A stretch of 64,000 nt of DNA from Alphaproteobacteria bacterium (GCA_965249135.1 OZ252220.1:1472001-1536000); one strand, 5' to 3'; counted from the stretch's first letter, positions 32,234-41,880 are shown. The notes: generated by a model from the letters alone, not told the origin. Program-made: numbers and translations.

Positions 32234-33070
32234 TCATGGGCTCGCGCCTTCGAAGGCGGCCTCCTTTGGTTCGCCGGCATCGGCCAGCGGCACCTGGCCG
32301 GTGATCGCCGCGGCGACACCTTCGGCGACGACCTTGCCACAGGCATCGGCCAGCTCTTTGCGCGAGCCATAGGCCTCGACCGTCACCGGGCGATGAAATT
32401 GCACGACGATGGTGGCATTCCCAAGCCCTGCCATCTCCAGGAAGTGCGGCGCCAACTCCATGTCGCCGTACCACGCGTAGTACGGTCGAAACAGGCGCCC
32501 CAACGGGATGCCGTCCAGATGCGTATAGGCGATCGAGACCGGCTGAATGGTCAGTGGCCGGCCATCGATCTTTTCTTCGGCAACGCTTAAGAGCGCGCTT
32601 TTGAACCGGAGCACCCGGTTCCCATCGTTGCTGGTTCCTTCCGGAAAAAGGACGAGCTGATCGCCTTTCTTCAGCCGCTCATGAATGACGTCCCGATGGT
32701 GCGAAGTTCGTGACGTCCGCCGTTCGATAAAGACGGTTTCCTGAAGCCGCGCGAGCCTGCCGAAGAACGGCCAGTCTTTGACTTCCGCCTTCGAGATGAG
32801 CGACACGCCGGGGATCAGCGCCGAAAGCATCGTGATATCAAGATAAGAGGTATGATTCGAAACAAACAGGGTCGGCCGCTGATCCGAAATTTTTCCGATC
32901 TGAATCAGACGAAAACCAAAAATCCAACAACAACTGCGATGATAGAAATAAGGAAGACGCCGCGTGTAGGAACGGTGCAAACGAAGCCCGATGGCCTGCA
33001 CGGGGATAAGCAGGAATGTCCAGCTGATGTAGATTAAGATACGAGAGACGGCGAGGAGACGAGAGCCCAT
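32234..33070 (-). CDS. Lysophospholipid/lyso-ornithine-lipid acyltransferase (PlsC/OlsA-like)
   Basis: NHTSYLDI (HX4D), FIER, LFPEGTS; adjacent to an olsB-like gene. Confidence 0.88.
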   Translation of the reverse strand: MGSRLLAVSRILIYISWTFLLIPVQAIGLRLHRSYTRRLPYFYHRSCCWIFGFRLIQIGKISDQRPTLFVSNHTSYLDITMLSALIPGVSLISKAEVKDWPFFGRLARLQETVFIERRTSRTSHHRDVIHERLKKGDQLVLFPEGTSNDGNRVLRFKSALLSVAEEKIDGRPLTIQPVSIAYTHLDGIPLGRLFRPYYAWYGDMELAPHFLEMAGLGNATIVVQFHRPVTVEAYGSRKELADACGKVVAEGVAAAITGQVPLADAGEPKEAAFEGASP

Positions 33071-33075
33071 TCGAC

Positions 33076-33897
33076 CTACTGCGTCGACTTTTTCACATCG
33101 AAGTGCCGGAAATACTTATCCGGAACAAGCTCGCGCTTTACGACGACACAAACGTCCGTCGTATTAAATTGCTCATCGACGACGGTACCGTCACCCACAA
33201 AACCACCGAGTCGCAAATATCCTTTGAGAAGGGTCGGAAGCGAGGCGAGCGCGCGTTTCGTGTTGACTTCACCCATCGTCTTCATGGGAACGTAGCGATC
33301 CACCAGCGCCTTGGGTCGAATGGCGGACGGCGCCAAGTGGTACTTATATAAATAGGTAAGCACCTCGGCATGTTCCTTGAGGTCCGTACCCACCAGGCTT
33401 GCACAGCCGAACAGGACATCGATATCGTAATATTCGACATAGGCGCCGATGCCGCGCCAAAGCAATTCCATCGTGGCACGGCTGCGGTAGTTCGCATCCA
33501 CACAGGAACGGCCCAACTCCAAAAGCCGGCCCGGATATTCCATCAAGCGCGAGAGGTCGTACTCACCGGCGGAATAGAAACCACCGTGATTCGCCGCCGT
33601 TTCACTGCCGATCAAACGATAGGTTCCGACGACGGCGCTTGAAAAATCATTCCCTTCGACATGATCGTGATCGATGACCAGCACATGGTCGCACGCTTCA
33701 TCGAAGCTATCGAAATCCTGTTTCCTAACCAGCATTTCCGGTGTCGGGTGGGCATTCAGTTCCTCGTAAAAAACCCGATAGCGAAGCGCCAGCGCCGCCT
33801 CGACCTCGCGCTCGTTATGGGCGAGGCGAACCTCGAGCGTCTTGCTGCGAACCTTCTGGATAGGATCGAATCGCTTGCGGCCATAAGGCGGCCGCAC
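33076..33897 (-). CDS. olsB: Ornithine N-acyltransferase (GNAT)
   Basis: LRYRVFYEE, DSFDEACDHVLV, VVGTYRL, LELGRSCV, PTLLKGYLRLG, DEQFNTTDV. Confidence 0.85.
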   Translation of the reverse strand: MRPPYGRKRFDPIQKVRSKTLEVRLAHNEREVEAALALRYRVFYEELNAHPTPEMLVRKQDFDSFDEACDHVLVIDHDHVEGNDFSSAVVGTYRLIGSETAANHGGFYSAGEYDLSRLMEYPGRLLELGRSCVDANYRSRATMELLWRGIGAYVEYYDIDVLFGCASLVGTDLKEHAEVLTYLYKYHLAPSAIRPKALVDRYVPMKTMGEVNTKRALASLPTLLKGYLRLGGFVGDGTVVDEQFNTTDVCVVVKRELVPDKYFRHFDVKKSTQ

Positions 33898-33975
33898 GAC
33901 CTTCGCAAATTTTGGAAGCCATCCCGGCTGTCGATTACGAAATCGTTCACGAATTTTTTTTCGGTCCCTTCAGCA

Positions 33976-34398
33976 TCAGCTTGATTTCGATTTATCGATC
34001 AGAATGCCATAGAGTTCGAGTCGGTGGCCCACAAGTTCGTAGCCATGTTCTTTTGCCACTGCTTTTTGGTGCTCTTCGATGTCCCTGCACTGAAATTCGA
34101 TGACTTTACCACTGCGCACGTCAATCAGATGGTCGTGATGCTCTTCCGGAATTTCCTCATAGCGTGCGCGCCCACTTTTGAGATCGAGCCGCTCGATAAT
34201 GCTGGCTTCTTCGAATAGCCGAATCGTCCGGTAGACGGTTGCAATGCTGATGTGCTCATCAACTTCCGAGGCGCGCCGGTAAACCTGTTCGACATCCGGA
34301 TGATCTTTCGATTCAGAAAGCACGCGAGCAACCACTCGGCGTTGCTCCGTCATTTTCAGGCCCTTCGCTTCACAAAGGAGTTCCAAGCGGGAAGACAT
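33976..34398 (-). CDS. fur: Fur/Mur metalloregulator
   Basis: MTEQRRVVARVL, DHPDVE, ISIATVYRT, EHHDHLID. Confidence 0.92.
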   Translation of the reverse strand: MSSRLELLCEAKGLKMTEQRRVVARVLSESKDHPDVEQVYRRASEVDEHISIATVYRTIRLFEEASIIERLDLKSGRARYEEIPEEHHDHLIDVRSGKVIEFQCRDIEEHQKAVAKEHGYELVGHRLELYGILIDKSKSS

Positions 34399-34493
34399 GT
34401 TCCAGTCGAGTCTCGGTTTCCGTCGTTTTAGTATAAGGGCTTGAAAGTACCCTCACAAGCCTGTCCAAGATTGGCGTAACATGGCAGTAGCGT

Positions 34494-34931
34494 TTATTTT
34501 TTACGCTTTCGTGAACGTGAGCCCAGGCCAATTTTTTCAGCGAGTTTGCTTCGCTGCTCCGCATAAGCAGGGGCGACCATCGGATAATCCGGCGGCAACC
34601 GCCAGCGCGCACGGTATTCCTCCAGTGTCATGTTGTAGGCCGTCTTGAGATGGCGCTTTAGCATTTTTAATTTTTTCCCGTCTTCCAAGCAGACGATGTG
34701 GTTCGGGGTCACGGATTTGCGAACGGGGACGGCCGGCTGTGGACGTTTTCGCTCCCGCTCATTCTTCGGCCCGGCGCCGGTAAGCGAGGTATAGACGTCA
34801 CGAATGAGCTTCGGCAAATCCGCCGGCGCCAAATGGTTGTTCGCGACGTGGGAAACGACGATGTCCGTCGTAAGCTTCAGGAGTTCGGTCTTGCTCGTGC
34901 CTTCCGCGGCATGAGGCATTCCTTCCACCAT
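34494..34931 (-). CDS. mucR: Ros/MucR zinc-finger regulator
   Basis: PAVPVRKSV, IVCLEDGKKLKMLKRHL, LPPDYPMVAPAYAEQRS. Confidence 0.93.
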   Translation of the reverse strand: MVEGMPHAAEGTSKTELLKLTTDIVVSHVANNHLAPADLPKLIRDVYTSLTGAGPKNERERKRPQPAVPVRKSVTPNHIVCLEDGKKLKMLKRHLKTAYNMTLEEYRARWRLPPDYPMVAPAYAEQRSKLAEKIGLGSRSRKRKK

Positions 34932-35066
34932 GGGCCCTTCTCTCCCTTCCTGATCACTTTAATATGAATCGACGCCTTCGCGGAATTTGCGATGCGTGCG
35001 CCTTGGAAATGGCGGCTTTCAGAGTGCCCGGCCATCGCGGGGCGCACGCGAACGGGCCTTTGCGCC

Positions 35067-35720
35067 TTATCCATCGGGAAGCCGGGCCTCGGGCGCTCTC
35101 AGGTAGATGGGGCGAAGGTTTGCCGCCGGCTCCCGCGTAGCGGCGAGGCGCGCGATGACCGTGGCCTGCGGGTGACCGGGGGCCTCGGACCAGCGAACCG
35201 CTTGGCCATCGAAGACGTCGCGGAGCAAGGGCGCCCCATCGCCGACGATGAGAAGGGGGCCGTCGTGGCCGAAGCCGGCACAGGCCGAAGACACCAGGAC
35301 CTCGGCTTGCGTGAATGGACGCAGCGCCTCATCGAAACCTTGGACGTAGAGGTCGCTTCGCTTCGTGTCCAAGGCGACCAGAAGCCGGCGGCCTTCCCGT
35401 TCCGAAGGGGCGACCCCGTTGGCGACCGCCTCGAAGGTCGTCACGCCCACCACCGGCAGGCCGCCGGCCAGTGCGATGCCGCGCGCCGCGGCCAGCCCGA
35501 CGCGAAGCCCGGTGAAGGAACCGGGCCCAAGCGTCGTCGCCAGACGATCAAGGCCTGCGAAGGGCACGGCCGCCTCGGCCAGCACCTCCTCGACGAGGCC
35601 GAGCAACGCCTCCGCCTGGCCGCGCTCCATTTCCAGAAGGCGCGACGAAAGGATCCGGTCATCCTCGAGAAGGGCGGCCGAGCAGGCGCGAGCGGCGGTG
35701 TCGAAGGCAAGAATCTTCAT
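35067..35720 (-). CDS. tsaB: tRNA threonylcarbamoyltransferase subunit TsaB
   Basis: MKILAFDTA, GPGSFTGLRVGLAAARG, PIYLR. Confidence 0.93.
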   Translation of the reverse strand: MKILAFDTAARACSAALLEDDRILSSRLLEMERGQAEALLGLVEEVLAEAAVPFAGLDRLATTLGPGSFTGLRVGLAAARGIALAGGLPVVGVTTFEAVANGVAPSEREGRRLLVALDTKRSDLYVQGFDEALRPFTQAEVLVSSACAGFGHDGPLLIVGDGAPLLRDVFDGQAVRWSEAPGHPQATVIARLAATREPAANLRPIYLRAPEARLPDG

Positions 35721-35828
35721 CGCCCGGTCCAAAAGGTTGCCAAGGATAAGGTGGCGGGCGAAATTCTAGCCCAAGATGGACCGAAGGCTTGTAAAAACCG
35801 CACCGATCCCGGAAAGCTTGTGCAAGCG

Positions 35829-36407
35829 ATGGACGATCGGCCCAAGACACCCTTGATTGAAATCACGGCGCGCGATGGCGTGGCATTGTCCCTTGCCTAT
35901 GCCGCGGCGGCAAATTTCACCGGCAAGCCGATCTATGCTCACGCGCGCTGCTATCTGCATCCGGACGCGGCTTTGCTGCTTCACGACGCCGTAGCCATTG
36001 CCGAACGCTTCGGCCATCGTCTCAAGATCTTCGACGGCTTCCGCCCGGCGGAGGCGCAACAAATCCTATGGGATGCCTGTCCGAATCCGGAATTCCTGGC
36101 TGATCCGAAGAAGGGCTCGCCCCACTCCCGGGGGGTCGCGATCGACCTCACGCTTGCCGATCGGACAGGCAAGGAACTCGACATGGGCACGCCGTTCGAT
36201 GCCTTCACGCCGCTTTCGCACCACGGCAATGGAGAAATTGCCCTTGATGCGAGTCGCAATCGGCTCTTTCTTTTGGGGCTGATGACGGACGCCGGCTGGG
36301 ATTTCTACCGGAACGAATGGTGGCATTATCAGTTGTTCGATGCGAAGCGTTACCCACTTCTTCACGACGCCGATCTCGGTCTTGGCATGCTAGGCTTAAG
36401 AACATGA
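35829..36407 (+). CDS. ddpX: D-Ala-D-Ala dipeptidase (VanX/DdpX, peptidase M15D)
   Basis: Start MDDRPK; NFTGKPIY, FDGFRP, SPHSRGVAIDLTL, DMGTPFD, EWWHY. Confidence 0.92.
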   Translation: MDDRPKTPLIEITARDGVALSLAYAAAANFTGKPIYAHARCYLHPDAALLLHDAVAIAERFGHRLKIFDGFRPAEAQQILWDACPNPEFLADPKKGSPHSRGVAIDLTLADRTGKELDMGTPFDAFTPLSHHGNGEIALDASRNRLFLLGLMTDAGWDFYRNEWWHYQLFDAKRYPLLHDADLGLGMLGLRT

Positions 36408-37450
36408 CGCTCGGCACCCGCCTCCTTCGACGTTGCCGCCGACTTAGCCTCTTGCTGGCAAGCCTCTATGGGTGCTTTTTTGCCGGCGCTGCCTTTGCCG
36501 CTGATTCGGCCGTCGTGTTCATCTATCACCGATTCGGAGAAGGCACCTACCCCTCGACGAACATCACGATCGAGCAGTTCGAAGCGCATCTTCAGGAACT
36601 GAAAAACGGTGACTACGCCGTGTTTCCCTTGCCCCAGATCATCGCGGCACTTCGTGAAGGAAAGGAACTTCCAGAACGCGCGGTTGCCATCACCATCGAT
36701 GACGCGTTCTTTTCCGTCTACACAGCGGCCTGGCCGAGGCTAAAGGCGGCTGGGCTTCCGCTTACCATTTTCATCGCCACCGAAGCCATCGACGGCGGCG
36801 GGAAAAGTTACATGACCTGGGACCAGGTGCGGGAGTTGATGCAGCAAGGGGTCACGATCGGAAGCCAGACGGAAACCCATCTCCACATGCCGCTTGCCGA
36901 TACCGAAACGATTCGGGCGGACCTCGTCCGTTCGAACGCGCGCTTTCTCAATGAGCTGGGAATCGTGCCGAAACTTTTCGCCTACCCTTACGGTGAGGCG
37001 AGCCTTGACGTGCAGGATGCCGTGCGGGCGGCGGGCTTCACGGTTGCCTTCGGTCAACATTCCGGCGTCCTGCATGGCAAAGAGGACTTCTTCTACCTGC
37101 CGCGGTTTGCCTTCAACGAAGCCTTCGGGAATATCGAACGGGTCCGTCTTGCCGCCAACGCGCTGCCACTGCCGGTGAAAGACCTGACACCGCGCGACAT
37201 ACTGCTTCAAAAAGACGACAATCCGCCGAATTTCGGTTTTACCGTCGAAGGAGAAATTCCCGATCTCGACCGGTTGAACTGCTATGCATCGAATCAAGGG
37301 ATCGGCCAGCTCGAGCGGCTTGGTGAGCGCCGCTTTGAGGTTCGCTTGGCCGAGCCCTTTCCGAAAGGCCGCGCCCGGATCAACTGCACGTTGCACACAC
37401 GGGACGGGCATTGGCGATGGTATGGCCGCCAGTTCTATATTGTGGAATAA
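36404..37450 (+). CDS. Exported polysaccharide deacetylase (CE4)
   Basis: Signal peptide; IYHRFG, ITIDDA, GSQTETH, FAYPYG, LPRF; start overlaps the ddpX stop. Confidence 0.87.
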   Translation: MTLGTRLLRRCRRLSLLLASLYGCFFAGAAFAADSAVVFIYHRFGEGTYPSTNITIEQFEAHLQELKNGDYAVFPLPQIIAALREGKELPERAVAITIDDAFFSVYTAAWPRLKAAGLPLTIFIATEAIDGGGKSYMTWDQVRELMQQGVTIGSQTETHLHMPLADTETIRADLVRSNARFLNELGIVPKLFAYPYGEASLDVQDAVRAAGFTVAFGQHSGVLHGKEDFFYLPRFAFNEAFGNIERVRLAANALPLPVKDLTPRDILLQKDDNPPNFGFTVEGEIPDLDRLNCYASNQGIGQLERLGERRFEVRLAEPFPKGRARINCTLHTRDGHWRWYGRQFYIVE

Positions 37451-37468
37451 GGAAGAGGAAAAGCGGAG

Positions 37469-38452
37469 CTAAACGCCGTTCTTCGAAAGCGACGCATAGA
37501 CATCGCCCTTGAGTTTCGCCCGGTCGAAGTGACGCAGCTTGTTCGATCGGATGAGAGAGCGAAGCGTCTGGACGTAAGCCTGCCCACGCTCGGAATAGCG
37601 TTCAAGCGTGTCGGCAAGCGTGTAGCCGTTCAGAGGCGCGGCACGGCGGCGCAACGTTTCGCGCTTGTTGCGGAGATCCCGATAGGCCCGGTGCGTGTTT
37701 AGATTGCGCGCATAGGCCCGGACGGAGCCGGCGAGTTCGCGGAAGCTTCGAACCGCGTAACGCGCGTCCGCGTCGCGTTTCAGCGGCACCAGACCCCGAT
37801 GGAAGCTAAGCGTCCACTGGCCGAAGATGGCGTTGCCTTCCTGGGCGAAACGGGACGTCCCCCAGCCGCTTTCCTCGGCGGCCTGGGCAAGGGCGAGCGA
37901 GGGTGGGATCACATCGACCCGGCGAAGCAGCTCAGGCAAATCCCCTTCCGCTACGCGGTAATAGGCATAAAGGCCCCGAAGCCAGTCCGAATCCTGGGTG
38001 GTGAGCCGGAAGCCGTCCTTCTTCGCCTTGTAGATCTCCAGCACCCGTTTGCGCTGTTCGGTGATCGTCTCGTTCACATGCAGGACAAGGGGTAACACCG
38101 TCTGCAGAAAGAGGCGCTTGCGTTCGCGCACGGCCGGAACTTCCTCGAGGTCGTTGGGCAGCGCCGCCAGAAAGACCCGCGGTACGATGCCTTCCCGGCG
38201 CACCCGGTCCAGACGGTAGCCCTGGCTGCCGAATGCGGCGGCGACCGTCTCGGCGTCGACGAGCTTGAGCGAGGCGATCGGGCGCTCAAAGGGCGCGCGT
38301 TCGAGAAGCGGGGTTACCGGCAGGCTTGTCTGGCCGAAGGCGACGCTTCCCATGAGGCCGCCGATGGCAAGGAAAAGGGCGCCAAGGGCGAAGCGTTCGT
38401 AACCGATGCGCTGCCCGAGACCGCCGAAGGCCTTCCTGTCGATCCACTGCAT
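37469..38452 (-). CDS. Bax-like glucosaminidase-domain (GH73) protein
   Basis: RKRLFLQTVLPLV, RVDVIPPSLALAQAAEESGWGTSRFA..GNAIFG, NLNTHRAY, YSERG. Confidence 0.87.
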   Translation of the reverse strand: MQWIDRKAFGGLGQRIGYERFALGALFLAIGGLMGSVAFGQTSLPVTPLLERAPFERPIASLKLVDAETVAAAFGSQGYRLDRVRREGIVPRVFLAALPNDLEEVPAVRERKRLFLQTVLPLVLHVNETITEQRKRVLEIYKAKKDGFRLTTQDSDWLRGLYAYYRVAEGDLPELLRRVDVIPPSLALAQAAEESGWGTSRFAQEGNAIFGQWTLSFHRGLVPLKRDADARYAVRSFRELAGSVRAYARNLNTHRAYRDLRNKRETLRRRAAPLNGYTLADTLERYSERGQAYVQTLRSLIRSNKLRHFDRAKLKGDVYASLSKNGV

Positions 38453-38641
38453 ATAGTAGCAAAACCTATTTAGCCTACTAGATATAGCAATAGATCGCCA
38501 CGCCCCGTCAAGCCAAAAATGGCTGCGTTCGGCCAGTCTGCGGACCCGGTGGCGGAGCTGCCGGAGGGAACGGTATGGAGCCGGCCGGTTACGGCCGGGG
38601 AATGGATACCTCAATGGACGGATTCTCCCTGAAACATCGCC

Positions 38642-39205
38642 TTACGAAACGGCGCGTACTTCCTGAACTTCCGGGATGTAGTGCTTGAGCAGGTTCTCGA
38701 TCCCGCTCTTCAGCGTCGCCGTCGAGCTCGGGCAGCCGGAGCAGGATCCCTGGAGTTCGAGGAAGACGACCCCTGCTTCATAGCCCTGGAAGACGACGTC
38801 GCCGCCATCCTGGGCGACGGCCGGGCGGACCTTGGTTTCTAGGAGTTCCCGGATTTGGACGACAATTTCATCTTCATCTTCGCCATCGCCCACCTTCGCC
38901 GGCGCTTCCTCGGAAGCACCCTTAGTGAGGACCGGCTCGCCAAGGGTGAAGTGCTCCATGATGGCGCCCAGGATCTCCGGCTTGATCACTTGCCAGTCTC
39001 GCTCTTCCGTCTTGCGCACGGTAATAAAGTCAGCGCCCAGGAACACGCCGACCACGCCCGGAATGCCGAACAGTCGCATCGCCAGTGGCGAACGCACCGC
39101 CGCTTCGGACGATGCGAAATCGACCGTTCCTTCTTCCATGACCGTCTGACCGGGTAAGAACTTTAAAGACGCCGGGTTTGGCGTCTGCTCGGTCTGAATA
39201 AACAA
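38642..39205 (-). CDS. Nfu-type Fe-S cluster carrier (NifU C-terminal family)
   Basis: FIQTEQTPNPASLKFLPG, VRPAVAQDGGD, GSCSGCPSS. Confidence 0.93.
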   Translation of the reverse strand: MFIQTEQTPNPASLKFLPGQTVMEEGTVDFASSEAAVRSPLAMRLFGIPGVVGVFLGADFITVRKTEERDWQVIKPEILGAIMEHFTLGEPVLTKGASEEAPAKVGDGEDEDEIVVQIRELLETKVRPAVAQDGGDVVFQGYEAGVVFLELQGSCSGCPSSTATLKSGIENLLKHYIPEVQEVRAVS

Positions 39206-39351
39206 CGCGGAACCTCCTTGGCGAATCCAAGCCGCAGTTTAGCCGTTTCCTCGTTTGATACAAATTTAGAAAAAGAAATCTAAAATTCAAGCTTTCTTTA
39301 GATATTTCTTAAGGTTACCGGCCTAACCGTCGAGAAATTCACCGTTATTTA

Positions 39352-39378
39352 GGGGATTATATACGAAAGTCACATTTT
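39352..39378 (+). repeat. Left terminal inverted repeat of the IS1595 element
   Basis: Exact reverse complement of 42991-43017. Confidence 0.97.
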
Positions 39379-39382
39379 GGCG

Positions 39383-39411
39383 TTGACATTACTGGGCCGT
39401 TCCTTTACAGT
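39383..39411 (+). promoter_or_regulatory. Sigma70-type promoter of the IS1595 transposase/cargo operon
   Basis: TTGACA-N17-TACAGT, then GAGGA RBS and ATG at 39438. Confidence 0.7.
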
Positions 39412-39437
39412 AAAGTCACATTACAAGAGGACGGATC

Positions 39438-40403
39438 ATGAGCAAGAAAGCACCGGGAAAGAGCCACCGCAAGGGGATGACTCTCATAGAATTGACAGAG
39501 ATGTTCCCGGACGATGCGGCGGCGGAAAGGTGGTTTGCCAAGCACCGCTGGCCGGACGGCCCTTATTGCCCGCACTGCGGCTCCTTTAACGTCCAGTCCA
39601 ATGTCAAGCATCATTCAATGACGCACCGGTGCCGCGATTGCGCGGACAAGAAGATGTTTTCACTCAAGACGGGAACGCTAATGGAGGGTTCCAAGCTGGG
39701 ATACCGGGTTTGGGCGGTCGCCATTTATCTTCTCACGACGAACCTCAAAAGCGTGTCCAGCATGAAGCTGCACCGCGATCTCGGCGTCACGCAAAAGAGC
39801 ACGTGGCACTTGGCGCACCGGCTGCGCAAATCCTTCGAGGCGGGCGGCGGTCTGTTTGCCGGTCCCGTAGAGGTTGACGAGACCTATGTAGGCGGAAAGC
39901 GCCGCAATATGCCCAAGACCAAGCGGGCAAAGCTCCAAGGGCGCGGAGCCGTTGGGAAAGTTGCCGTCGCGGGTGCGAAGGACCGGGTGACGAAGCGTGT
40001 AAGCGCGGCGGTTGTTTCTGCTGCTGACAATGAGACATTACAAGGCTTCGTGCGGGAGCGTGTGGCTGGTGGCGCGGTGGTCTATACGGACGATCACGCG
40101 GCCTATCGCGGCATGGCCGGTTTCGCGCATGAGGCAGTAAAGCACTCGGTCGGGGAGTATGTCCGTGGCATGGCGCATACAAACGGCATCGAGTCCTTCT
40201 GGTCGATGCTGAAACGGGCTCACAAAGGCACATTCCACCAGATCAGCCCGAAGCACCTTAACCGCTACGTCGGCGAATTCGCGGGCCGTCACAATGTCCG
40301 CGAGGCCGACACGGTTGATCAAATGCAAACTGTGGCACATGGTTTGGCGGGAAAGAGGCTTCGATACCGGGACTTGGTGGCGGGGGTAAACGGCGAATGT
40401 TGA
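39438..40403 (+). CDS. IS1595-family DDE transposase
   Basis: Zinc ribbon CPHC...CRDC, HTH LHRDLGVTQKSTW, VEVDETYVGG, VYTDD, TNGIESFWSMLKR, RYVGEFAGRHN. Confidence 0.95.
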   Translation: MSKKAPGKSHRKGMTLIELTEMFPDDAAAERWFAKHRWPDGPYCPHCGSFNVQSNVKHHSMTHRCRDCADKKMFSLKTGTLMEGSKLGYRVWAVAIYLLTTNLKSVSSMKLHRDLGVTQKSTWHLAHRLRKSFEAGGGLFAGPVEVDETYVGGKRRNMPKTKRAKLQGRGAVGKVAVAGAKDRVTKRVSAAVVSAADNETLQGFVRERVAGGAVVYTDDHAAYRGMAGFAHEAVKHSVGEYVRGMAHTNGIESFWSMLKRAHKGTFHQISPKHLNRYVGEFAGRHNVREADTVDQMQTVAHGLAGKRLRYRDLVAGVNGEC

Positions 40404-41323
40404 CATCTTTGGAGGTCTGTGCGGGCGGCGGCGGAACAGCCCTCGGACTTGAACAAGCGGGATTCGATCACGTTGCATTAATGGACAGCGATTCGCATTC
40501 GTGTGCAACACTCCGGCAAAACCGGCCTTATTGGAACGTGATCCAAGCCGATATAAACCGGTTCGATTCGTCTTATTGGCGCGGTGTCGATCTTGTAAGC
40601 GGAGGCCTGCCATGCCCGCCATTTTCGATAGCTGGGAAGCAGCTAGGGTCCGATGATAACCGCGATCTGTTCCCGGCGATGCTCCGCATTGTCGAAAACG
40701 CCCATCCGCGCGCTGTCCTGATTGAAAACGTCAGGGGCATTATGTCGGCCCGCTTCGACTCTTACAGGGCACAATTGGACGGCGCGTTTGACCATCTGGG
40801 TTTCGACGTATATTGGACTGCGTTCAATGCGGCGGAATTCGGAGTTCCGCAGAACCGCTTGCGGATTTTCATCGTCGCCTTGCGGCGTGGCGAAACGGCA
40901 CCGTTGAAGTGGCCAATACCGTCCGATGGCCTGACACCGACAGTTGGTGAAACGGTGGGAGATTTAATGGCGGAACGCGGTTGGCGCGGCGCTGGGCAAT
41001 GGGTAAAGAAGGCAGCCGCGCCCGCGCCCACCATAGTTGGCGGTTCACACAAGCACGGCGGTCCAGATTTAGGGCCGACACGTGCCCGCCAGGAATGGGC
41101 AAAGCTTGGTGTTGATGGATTGGGCCTCGCAAATGAAGCACCTGCGCCCAAGTTTAGAGGATTGCCGCGCCTGACAGTTCCCATGGTGGCAAGGCTGCAA
41201 AGTTTTCCTGATGATTGGGCATTCGCGGGGGTCAAGACCAACCGCTACCGGCAAATCGGTAATGCATTGCCCGTCCGGCTTGCGATGGCCGTCGGCAAGG
41301 CCGTGCGAAAATGCCTCGCATAG
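40397..41323 (+). CDS. DNA (cytosine-5) methyltransferase, M.NgoMIV/M.NaeI-like
   Basis: Motifs I (CAGGGG), IV (GGLPCPPFS), VI (IENVRG), VIII (QNRLR), X (YRQIGNA). TRD APTIVGGSHKHGGPDLGPTR resembles GCCGGC-specific enzymes (from memory). Confidence 0.93.
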   Translation: MLTSLEVCAGGGGTALGLEQAGFDHVALMDSDSHSCATLRQNRPYWNVIQADINRFDSSYWRGVDLVSGGLPCPPFSIAGKQLGSDDNRDLFPAMLRIVENAHPRAVLIENVRGIMSARFDSYRAQLDGAFDHLGFDVYWTAFNAAEFGVPQNRLRIFIVALRRGETAPLKWPIPSDGLTPTVGETVGDLMAERGWRGAGQWVKKAAAPAPTIVGGSHKHGGPDLGPTRARQEWAKLGVDGLGLANEAPAPKFRGLPRLTVPMVARLQSFPDDWAFAGVKTNRYRQIGNALPVRLAMAVGKAVRKCLA

Positions 41324-41880
41324 GATCGAAAGAGAAAATCCGGCGTTTCCTGCTGGCGAATATTGGCCGGGTGATCGAATCCCACGAGTTGCAAGAAGCG
41401 GCGGACGGTGCCGTACAGTACAGCCGCCGTTTGAGAGAACTGCGTGATGAGGAGAGCTGGCCAATTCTGTCTCACAACGACTTGGCGGAGTTAAAACCAG
41501 GCCAGTACATGCTGAAAGAGGCACCAACGGACAAACGGGATATCGGTTTCGTCCGTGGCATTTCCGCGAAGCTCCGGGCTGAAGTGCTCGACCGGAACGG
41601 CTTCACCTGCCAAATGTGCGGGCTGACACCGGGCGGCATTGATCCGGCGACCAGGCGCAAGGTGCGGCTTCATATCGGCCACATTGTTGATAAAAGCCAT
41701 GGCGGAAAAGACGAACTGTCAAATCTCCGGGCTTTGTGCTCATCCTGCAATCAAGGCGCTAAGAACATCACGTCCGAAAAGCCAAGCACAATCTGGCTGC
41801 TATCTCAAATCAGGCGGGTCGGGAGAGACGAACAACGAGCCGTGTATGATTGGCTCAAACAGAAATTCAGCGATGGATAA
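41311..41880 (+). CDS. HNH endonuclease, probable type II restriction enzyme (KpnI-like architecture)
   Basis: CQMC...HIGHIVDKSHGG..ELSNLRALCSSCN; N-terminal FLLANIGRVI...RRLRELRDE..ILS resembles R.KpnI as remembered; overlaps the MTase stop. Confidence 0.82.
   Translation: MPRIGSKEKIRRFLLANIGRVIESHELQEAADGAVQYSRRLRELRDEESWPILSHNDLAELKPGQYMLKEAPTDKRDIGFVRGISAKLRAEVLDRNGFTCQMCGLTPGGIDPATRRKVRLHIGHIVDKSHGGKDELSNLRALCSSCNQGAKNITSEKPSTIWLLSQIRRVGRDEQRAVYDWLKQKFSDG

Noticed and set aside
38450-38490. NrdR-box-like ACTAGATATAG upstream of the Bax-like gene
   Set aside because: Single imperfect match with no nucleotide-reduction gene nearby.
39265-39312. Irr box upstream of nfu (TTTAGA...TCTAAA)
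   Set aside because: Half-site spacing does not match TTTAGAA-N3-TTCTAAA.
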